Assembly: GCA_964255105.1 (NCBI GenBank)
Contig: CAXUWE010000009.1
Location: 1 to 34,846 of the forward strand
Direction of reading: 5' to 3'
DNA length: 34,846 nt
DNA from: Porpidia crustulata
Taxonomy: Eukaryota
Both the position numbers and the translations under genes were made by a program. Shown piece by piece: positions 25,861-34,846 of the stretch; within the stretch, counting starts at the first letter, position 1; each line of letters opens with the position of its first letter. Under the pieces are notes generated by a model. The model ran no database searches, was not told the origin of the DNA, and saw only the letters and a program-made list of their open reading frames with translations.

Positions 25861-26936
25861 TTACAAGTGGAACCGCGTTTCGATACATGACACTTGTCGC
25901 GAATGCCAGAGACCAAACAGTCTCTCTGCATTACCTGAATATACGGCGCTTCTCTGACCTGCGTCAAACAATTCTTTACAGCCTTTATCCATCTGATCTG
26001 CTTGGTCGATGACAATTTTCTCACGGGTGAAAGGATAGTCAGTCCCATAGACCAGTCTTTGCTCTCCTCCCTTCCCTAAAGTCCTGAGCAGCCCGTGGAT
26101 CTGATCCGGGAAGGGAAATCCAGCCAAGTCAAAGAAAAATCTCTCTCGCAGTAACTTTCGGAATTTATTGCTCTGATTCTCTCCTCCTTTGAAAAGAGTC
26201 GCAAAAGCGCCGATACGATCCACGATAGAGGGAAGCGCACAGCCACAGTGCGACATGATGTAGGTGATATGGGGATACTTCGATACCGTGCCTGAGAGGA
26301 GTAGGTTGGCAATGGCACGTGTCTCATCAAACATAAATTCCATCATGGGACGAGGATATTCTTCAAGTGGTTCTATCGCCTGCACTCGACCCCCAGGAAC
26401 AAGCAAATTGCAAGAAGTAGGATGAATAAAGGTGATGGCTTTGCGTGCGTTGAGCTTTTCAAAGACTGGGTCCAGCGCCTTGTCTCCAAGATACACTCCA
26501 TTTGCGTTAGACATAATTGCAAGTCCTACTGCCCCAAGTTTGTCCAGTGCATGATCAATTTCAACAATGGACTCCAGAACAAGAGGAAGTGGCAAAGAAG
26601 CAAAAAATCCAAATTGCGAAGGATGATTGGTACAGATTGCAGAGAGCTCCTCGTTGGTTCGACGGGTCATGTTTGCAGCTTGTTCATCATGATTGGGGGT
26701 CAGGTGTGTTCCTGGGGATGTAATGCTTAAAATTGACTTGCTGATATTCAGTCTCTTCATGACGGCAATATGCTCTTCTGCACTCCAGGCCTGGGCTCGT
26801 CAGTGACACAACATGGTACGAGAAGCTGGCTTACAGGAAGGGCAGGCATCCCATCAGGCTTCTCATGGCCATTATCGAGGGCATATTGACGATAGCCTGG
26901 GGCCACAGCATGACAGTGAACATCAATTCGCTCCAT
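25861..26936 (-). CDS. Amidohydrolase-2 family metal-dependent aromatic acid decarboxylase (OrsB / PatG 6-methylsalicylate decarboxylase-like), ~343 aa, 2 exons (26936-26835, 26790-25861)
   Basis: N-terminal RIDVHCH (HxH metal motif), PDGMPALP|AWS, SILSITSPG, FIHP, MEFMFDETRA, MSHCG, FDLAGFP, YGTDYPF. 44-nt GT-AG intron at 26834-26791. Confidence 0.9.
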
Positions 26937-27724
26937 ATGAATATCTAAAGAATTTTGTAGTACCAAAGTGTGAACAAGGAGCAATCTGGGGTGAGTGATG
27001 GGTTCACGAATTCTCAGATAAAGACAAATACCATTTTATAAATACTTGAGGAAATTTTTTTTAAAAAAAAAGAGCTGGCTATTTAGTATGCGGCGCAACC
27101 GGCTGTGTTGGGGCCTACCTACTAGAGCCATTTTTGCATCCCTTGTACAATTAGTGAGCACATCCTGAATAAAAGTTTGGAAAAACAGCAAGCGCATACA
27201 ACCTCTTGAACGAACGTTAGCAAATTTGAATACGCGCCGTCAATATTCACTTGTATTATTAGGCTAATATAAAATCTTGTCGAGACTTGAACATGATCAT
27301 AGTATTATATGTTTTTGCACAGGTTCTGGGCATATTTCAATAAACGACTATATTTTCTCACAAGGAATGATCTGTCATAACTTTTGAAGCTATAATCGTG
27401 TTTAGAAACAGTTGCGTATTAAAACACGGTCAATACAGAAAAGACATCATCGTACTAGCACCAATAGAAACCGAACCTATTATAATTTTAAATCAACGGC
27501 AAACAAATAGTCAGATTAATTGTATTCAGATTAAAACCAGCATATGCTCAGTCGTTAGCAGAAAGCTGCTTACTTCCTATTTCACAAATAATACCTCAGT
27601 AGTAGATTGAGCTGACAGTAGTATATAATGCTACGCTTCCTATTTCACATTATTTGTCTTTTGCTGTTGAAGTTTCCTCTTATTTCGTACAGAACAAATA
27701 GTTGTATTTTCTTATTTCATTATC
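26937..27724. promoter_or_regulatory. AT-rich divergent intergenic region (probable bidirectional promoter) between decarboxylase and glycosyltransferase
   Basis: Head-to-head genes 788 bp apart; TATA-like elements near 27033-27040 (minus) and 27622-27628 (plus); one CGG-N5-CCG at 27091-27101. Confidence 0.45.
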
Positions 27725-29226
27725 ATGGCGGTACCAAACAAGCCCCTCGTGCTCGTATGCAGCACGCCAGTATCTGGACATATTATACCCATGCTATCAA
27801 TCGCAAAACATCTCGTCGCCCGGGGCTATGATGTCTGCTTTGTATCTGGCTCGGGCTATCGCCAACAGATTGAAGCTATCGGCGCGTCTTTTGTCCCGGT
27901 CGAAGGATATGGCGACTTCTATGACCTCAGGGCACGAGACCTCGATCCCCGTTGTATGCGATTTTCAATGTTTAATTTTCCCTTTCAGAAATTACACGGA
28001 ATTGAACCAAAAAATTTTCTTCCAAAATAGCCTATGATCAATTTTTGAACTTCATAATTAATTCCTGATTAAGTAAACTAACTCCAAGATCCTCACTTAA
28101 AGGGCCCATCGTCCAAAAGACACTACAAGGACCTGACAATTTCAACCACGACTTGGTACATATATTTTGTAAATCACTACCCTCACAACATGAGGCTCTA
28201 CAGAGAGCCCTGAAAATTCTCAGCGACAAGCACCCAGAAAAGCCCATTATTCTCATGACCGAGAGCTTAAATTTTGGAGCTTTGCCTATGACCCTCGGTG
28301 TTCCAGGAATCCGACCTAAAGGGTATATAGCCGTTGGGCTCAACCCTGTTCTACTGACCAGTATTGACCATCCACCTTTTGGTCCCGGTTTGCCGCCAGA
28401 CAGCTCTCCGGAGGGCCGAGAGCGAAACAAGTCTGCGAATGAAAGGCAGAAGCAGATTTTTGCTCTATCTCAAACGGCATTCGGGGAAGCACTCATGAGC
28501 GTGGGAGCTAAGAAACCAGATATTTTCTTACTCGACGCTCTCTATGTTTTAGCGGATCGTTTCATACAAATGTGCACACCCAGCGTAGAATACCCGAGAA
28601 GCGATGCTCCAAAAACCTTGCGGTTTGCGGGTGGCTATCCTAAGGCTCCTCGAGACTTGAACCCCACGAGACCGGCCTGGTGGCATGAAGTTACCAGCAG
28701 CAATACCAGGAAGATCATCTTTGTCTGTCAAGGAACCGTTGCTACGGATATTAATAATCTGGTCATCCCTACCATGAATGCGTTGAAGGAACGCTCAGAC
28801 ATCATTGTCGTCGTCGCAGTAGGAAAAAAAGGAGCTGTGCTGCCAGCAGACGTTCCCATCCCGTCAAATTGCAGAGTGGCAGACTATATCCCTTACGACG
28901 ATTTCCTCCCGTACTGTGACGTCTTCGTCACAACCGGGGGCTACGGGTCTTTCCAACGCGCGCTCAATAACGGTACCCCTTTGGTAATGGCTGCTGAGAC
29001 GGAAGAAAAGCCGGAGACAGCTGCGAGGGCTGAATGGGCGGGCGTCGCGGTGAATCTCCGAACAAGTAATCCCTCGATTGACCAGCTCGAACAAGCTATC
29101 GATGAAATTCTTTCAAATAAGAAATACAAAATCAGAGCTTTAGAGATACAAGCCGAGATTGCGATGTATGATCCTGTAGGTGTCATAATAGAGAATATCG
29201 AGGAGTTGGCAGGGAGAAGCGTGTGA
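27725..29226 (+). CDS. GT1-family UDP-glycosyltransferase (fungal phenolic O-/C-glycosyltransferase type), ~450 aa, 2 exons (27725-27953, 28103-29226)
   Basis: N-terminal STPVSGHIIPM with catalytic His; EYPRSDAP; VCQGTVA; UDP-sugar binding box DYIPYDDFLPYCDVFVTTGGYGS..ALNNGTPLVMAAETEEKPE. Intron 27954-28102 (GTATGC...CTAAC...AAG) gives DLDPRWP; acceptor chosen by frame. Confidence 0.9.
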
Positions 29227-29617
29227 TTTGGGAGCTGGTACAGAGACTCGGTTTGGTGTGTTTTAGGAAAAGCTGGGGGTTTTTGCTTACTAGGTAAGGA
29301 AACCCATTCCATTTCCGTTTCCGTTTTCGGCGATCGGCTGGGTATTTAGATTTCAACCGATCATGCATACATTCGATTCAATTTCTTACATCATTCCATT
29401 CTCGAACCTCGATGTCAAGTCCTTTTGAGGTGAGAAGGATAAGGCTGAGGATATTAGGATCGGAGGTGAGGAGGAGCAGATGAGACGAACAAGGTGATGA
29501 CTGGAACAGCCACACCATGACTTCATACATCCAGCTAGATGCTAAGATCCAGCAGAACCTAACTTATTACCCTGAAGATCCTACAAGTCTGCCCTCCTCG
29601 CTTCCTCCCTATCCTTC

Positions 29618-30037
29618 TCAAACTTGTTCACAATCTCCTCTATACACCTCCAAAACCTCTATCAATTTCTCAGTCCCTGATATCCCGCCAAGCAAACACT
29701 TTCTACCAGTACAAATCAAACGAATCCCTCTCGTCATGAACTCAACTTTTACCTTCCAGCTCCCTCCGCTCCCAAAGTCCACAAATTTTCTTGCGCTACA
29801 GAGGTCTTGATCCGGTATTGCGGCAAGTGTCCTAATGGTCTCAAGTTGAGCCTCCGATTCGCGATAATTGAGGTAATCGAGGATTTCGCCAAGGACCTCG
29901 TTTTGGAAGAGTATGTTCTTGTCGCTGTCCTCAACGGAGAATCGACCCCGCGATGGATTGCCAGGGGTTCGATGAATCGGATGAAATATCTCAGATGCCA
30001 GGTGAGTGTCCTGCTGCGGTGGATCTAGGGGGACCAT
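29618..30037 (-). CDS. Hypothetical 139-aa ORF (possibly spurious or a gene relic)
   Basis: ATG-initiated ORF with protein-like composition downstream of an AT-rich tract; no recognisable motif. Confidence 0.25.
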   Translation of the reverse strand: MVPLDPPQQDTHLASEIFHPIHRTPGNPSRGRFSVEDSDKNILFQNEVLGEILDYLNYRESEAQLETIRTLAAIPDQDLCSARKFVDFGSGGSWKVKVEFMTRGIRLICTGRKCLLGGISGTEKLIEVLEVYRGDCEQV

Positions 30038-31274
30038 GTGCTGTCATCCCTGATACTATATAGGAAATGACTTTTCTTATGCTCGAGGTTATTCTAAGTA
30101 TTTGATTTATTACTAGTATTTACAAGACAATAATCACAACATGTTATATTTAATAAAACCGGACCTAATTATATTTAATTATTATAAGTTTTACAACAAT
30201 ATTTCCTTTTTAAATTAAAATTAGAAAAGAATTCATTTAACATATTGAAACAATTACAGTAGTTTCATATTAAAGATAGTAAACCAAGTCTATATCCATG
30301 GAGCCCCGGCCCAACTGATCTGCCCTTAGACAAGTGAGGCTGCGCCGCGCTATGAATCTTAGCTGACGGTACATGGTGAAATGTGCCGCTTTGCCAACAC
30401 TAGCATGCTGTCATCCTCGCAGCCGCTAGTCTCCTGAGCCGTCCATTCTAAGTATTTTTGGCGTGCACCAACTATGTGTTAGCTCGAGACGAAGCTCCTC
30501 CGCAGACCACACAGGCTGACCGCATAAGCAACCTCCCACATTTCCCCACATTCCCCTTTCTACTGATCCTTCGTCTGGTCAGCGTCTCTTCCTGCTGGAT
30601 CTGAGGGATCGAGGCGATGCGCACGGGACTGGCTGACCATCACTCTTTGTGATTTGGATGCAGTCGCATAGGCAGACACCGGCCTTTTCAAGAAATCCGA
30701 CCGCAGAGCCACCGAAGCCATAGTAGTCTCCGGCACAGTTTGGAAAAGAGTCAGCTATTAGTCGTGAGGCATTTTCTTGATTCGTTAGGTCACAGCGTAG
30801 AGGGCATCTTCCAAGGCAGAGCCCGTGGGTTGTCGTCAGCGTTACAAGTGATGCTTTGTAGTCGCGTAGACAGACACCGGCCTGCCGAACGTGAAAAATG
30901 TAAAATACAGACGGTAATTATACAATCCAATTAGGACGTTTTGTACAAGAACAAACACCCATAGCATGTCAAGTTTTCCTTGGACTTGATCGGGAAAGAT
31001 GATATTAACCCCAATGTGTGGCCTAATTGGGTCGATATCAAGTAGGATACTGAGGCTCAATGATCAAGAGGCCCTTAATTAAGTGGGTAATTCTTGGTGG
31101 CCTCTGCTGACGATAAGGTCCTAGAGCTGTGAAACCGTCAGATAAGCCAAGTTCTCCTCCCCCACATGGTATACTTAGTTTTACTAAAGCTAGGACTACA
31201 TCTCATCCCAGAGACTACGTCTTCTGTATATTCAAATAGGGTTTATCGTACTGCAAAGATCTTATTGCGACAGA

Positions 31275-33127
31275 ATGGGACTCGCAGACACAATAAGTTT
31301 TTCAATTATCAGTCTATGCCTTCCCATAGCTCTGGCCATAGCTGTTCTCTCTAAATACTTTCTTGCAAGCTGTCGACCTCGGAATTTTCCGCCTGGCCCC
31401 CCGACAATTCCTTTTATTGGGAACATTAGCCAAGTGCCCAAAGTAAGAGCTTTTCTAAAGTATGCATCTGTTATCTTACTCGACTCGCGATACTCGCAAT
31501 AACAACAACTAGATTTCATGAATTTGGAGCTGATTATGGCTCAATTGTTGGCTTAAAATTGGGTTCTCAGAGTGTCGTGGTCCTGAATAGCTATGAGCAT
31601 GTAAGGGCGTAAGTTGAAATCCAGTATATCATGGATCCAGTGCAGGAGTTGAAAGGGACCAAGGCTTTTCGACAAGAGGGGTGCTATCTACTCCAGCCGC
31701 CCGAACAGCTACGTCGCCACTGAAATTGTTTGTCCAAATGAGATACATCTCCTGCTCCTTCCGTATGGTAGCGAATGGCGAAAACAACGTAAGATTGTAC
31801 AATCGCTCCTGAACGTGAACGCCGTGGACAATGTACTTCCCATTCAAAACGCCGAAGCAATACAGACCATGTTCCAGCTTCTCCATGATCCTCAAGGCTA
31901 TTATGATCACATTCGCCGATATACCACTGCTGTAATCCTGGCATCGGTTTATGGCCAGCGTGGTGCGCGCTTCGATTCTCCAAACGTGCAGGCTCTCTAT
32001 CATGCTCAAGATCAATTCACGGCAATCTTAGAGCAAGGGGCGACCCCGCCTGTCGATGCATTTCCGTTCTTGAAGATGTTGCCGGAGTTCATGGCGCCGT
32101 GGAAAACGTGGGCCAAGGCGGTTCGCAAGGAGCAGAAGAGTTTGTATCTGTCGCTCATACGAGAGACTAGAGAGCGAATGGAATCAGGAAAGGGCCCCGA
32201 TTGCTTCTTGCATCTGATGCTACAAGATCAAGAGAAGAATGACATGGATGATGAGCACATTGCATATCTGGCTGGGAATCTGGTAAACCAAAGCCCTACT
32301 CCCAGAAGTTCGACTGTTTTTTCTGACATCTACAGATGGAAGCTGGCTCAGACACCACTGCTTCTACGTTACTTTCATTTCTTCTAGCAATGATCAAATA
32401 TCCGGAAGAATTCAAGAAGGCGCAAAGGGAGGTCGATCAAGTGTGTGGCTCATTGAGATCCCCAACATCCGATGATATCAGTCATATGCCTTTCATTAGC
32501 GCATGCATGGATGAGGTAACTACTATCTTAAATTCCCTGTATAGCTCTGACTTGGCATTTCAGACACTTCGATGGCGTCCGGTGGCAGCCGGTGGAATTC
32601 CCCACCTGCTGACGCAGGATGATACCTACCAAGGATATCTCCTGCCTAAAGGCACCATCTTCCTTGCCAACACCTGGGCAATTCACCATGACGAGACCCA
32701 GTACGACCAGCCTGCCGAGTTTAGACCCGACCGTTTCTTAAACAACAAATTTGGGACCCGTATTCCTGTTGACGAGAGCACGGAGGATCATCGGAGAATC
32801 TCATATGGATTTGGTGCGGGAAGACGAGTGTGTCCAGGGCAGCGGTTAGCCAGGAATTCATTGGTAAGTGGCTTGTCTGATTTCAGAAGATCCATTGCTA
32901 ATAGGAGATTGGAGATGGTGAATATGGCCAAGATAGCTTGGGGCTTTGATCTTTCCCCTGGGTCGGGGGCTGTTAATATTGACATTAATACAGCTTTCTC
33001 GGATGGATTTCTCATCGCGCCAAAGAAATTTCCTATCTTGTTTACACCACGATCTGACAGGCATAAAGAGGTCATTACAAAGGAATACGAAGCTATTAAA
33101 CCATTCTTTGTAAAGTATGAAAAGTAA
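31275..33127 (+). CDS. Cytochrome P450 monooxygenase, CYP619/PatH-PatI-like (methylphenol hydroxylase type), ~530 aa, 6 exons
   Basis: Exons 31275-31459, 31513-31608, 31664-32282, 32336-32515, 32564-32863 and 32915-33127 (1593 nt). N-terminal TM helix + FPPGPPTIPFIGN; LFDKRGAIYSSRP; GATPPVD; I-helix EAGSDTT; ExxR (E|TLR after splicing); PDRF; heme motif FGAGRRVCPG. Subfamily call is from recalled motif similarity. Confidence 0.92.
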
Positions 33128-34099
33128 AACTATATAACTAACGTATCTGATATCTGAAACACTTCTACGTTTAATGTTGATTGAGACTTTTCTTAACCAT
33201 TTCCAGATTTCGCACAGCTTCTTCTCCGGCGTGCACCAGAGGCGCTAGCGCCGTTGATCATCAGCGATAGGGTAAGATAAACAATCAAATTGGGAAGGAA
33301 CAGTGCTAGATAGAGAGACAGGTATGGATTTGAAGAACTGTATATCAAGGAAAGTGCGGAATGCTAGTCCAAGCTCAATCTATCGCTATAGATTCAACCA
33401 TAGGGCCAGAAGATTGGACGAGTTATATAGCCCCAGGAGATTGATTTGAAAAAAATTAATTAGTAAACCTAAGTCCTCAACTCCAAAATACCGCGATACA
33501 CACGTTCCATTTAGAAGCTTAGAAAATACCATACCAAAATTCTTTTGTAAGGAATCTCTGTGCTAAATAAATTTTAAGCGGAATGTAACCAATCACTTCG
33601 AGGCCTACCTTACAAATGTGCACGCGGACCACGTGACTTGGACTAACCTACCTTAGGTAGTCGTCTATACCAGGGCTGACACAATCCACCTAGCTTCGTC
33701 AACTTTAATCCAACGTTGAGCCTACCTTACACTTCTCTAAATCCTTCGATTCGCCCGCCCGACCACTCGGCTTTCCTACTACTTACCTACCTAGAAAGTT
33801 AAATACACGCTCTAGATTGAATGGGGGTTGAAAAGAGAATAGAAATGATAGAAATGCGTTGATTTGCATTGATGTATTGGATATTTCCTAGGCAATGGGT
33901 ATCTTTTTGGAGGATTAGCTTCGTGACTTGTTTATCCCGGGATTTAGATTTTTCTTATGACATTTTGGGAAAGTTGGCTAGGGCACGTATGCGAAAATGC
34001 CGCCGCGGGGGTGTCTAAATTTTCGATGCCTTCTCTGGGTTGCTTCGCGTCCTCCTGGTGTAGCTGCTGTTGATATTCGAGAGCCATGGATAATTCCGC

Positions 34100-34530
34100 G
34101 TTAAGAAGGTTGGAGCTGGACTCTCCGATGCCGATCGAACGTCACCTTCCGGCACTGAAATATACCAACAGCAATTGCCAGGAGCACGGGATTTTGAATC
34201 TTTTAAGGAGGAAATTGCGGAGTTCGAAGAGATCAAGACGCTGCGTATATGTGACTTCGATGGTTTTTGTTTTCACTTGCCGACATTTCTACAACCCAAA
34301 TGATAATTCTAGGTCTCGTCATCAAGAAGGTACAGTCGATCTAGACCTTCATAAACACTGCTCAAGACAGATAAACCGAATGGGTCAACACATTGCAGCG
34401 CTGCATCCATGGTTCAAAGCAATGAAATCAACACTGAAGACTTTGACTGAGCAAGTCAATCATCAATGAGAAGTAGAAAGATTAGTCACTCTGCATTCAA
34501 GATAGTCGGACATATAGAGCGATACCGTAG
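34100..34530 (+). pseudogene. Possible decayed gene relic of unknown family
   Basis: Protein-like frame ..ARDFESFKEEIAEFEEIKTL, a candidate intron 34245-34312 (GTATAT...TAG), then RLVIKKVQSI*TFINTAQDR*TEWVNTLQR.. with many TAG/TAA/TGA stops. Confidence 0.25.
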
Positions 34531-34846
34531 AAACCCCAAAAACCATAGCTATAACAACATCAAGGTCTAAAACAAAACCTTGAGCCCAGCACCTTTTGCT
34601 CCTTGTCCTGTCCTAACTCATAAACCCTCCCACAACCCCCACAAACCACTACATCACCTTCCATCTCTTTCCGCCAGCTCTTCCTACCACACTCCCATCA
34701 ATCCCACCAACAAAGTTCCAAGGGCTTCCTTTCCGTTTGTGCGCTTATTGCTTTCGTCTTGTATTGTAGCGATGGGATTGATGTTTAGGATATGATTGTT
34801 TTTTATTATTATTGAGATGTGGGGAGGGTTTAGGATGTGATAGGGA

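Overview
Eukaryotic, intron-containing fungal (ascomycete-type) DNA carrying a compact, apparently intact secondary-metabolite gene cluster at ~3.3-33.1 kb. Its genes are: (i) a ~3265-aa highly reducing PKS (KS-AT-DH-cMT-ER-KR-ACP) fused to a C-terminal carnitine-acyltransferase-like (cAT) domain; (ii) a ~2028-aa non-reducing orsellinic-acid-type PKS (SAT-KS-AT-PT-ACP-TE); (iii) an amidohydrolase-family aromatic acid decarboxylase; (iv) a GT1 UDP-glycosyltransferase; and (v) a PatH/CYP619-like cytochrome P450. This set fits the route orsellinic acid -> orcinol -> 3,5-dihydroxybenzyl alcohol -> aryl (C-)glycoside -> O-acylation with a methylated reduced polyketide. That would be a minimal papulacandin/fusacandin/chaetiacandin-like scaffold (inference, not demonstrated). 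A decayed ABC-transporter fragment with six stop codons lies between the two PKS genes. A HET-domain gene flanks the left side, and several repeats and cryptic or decayed frames lie in the intergenic spaces. Exon structures were derived by hand from GT/AG sites and motif continuity; family assignments are from motif recognition, not database searches.
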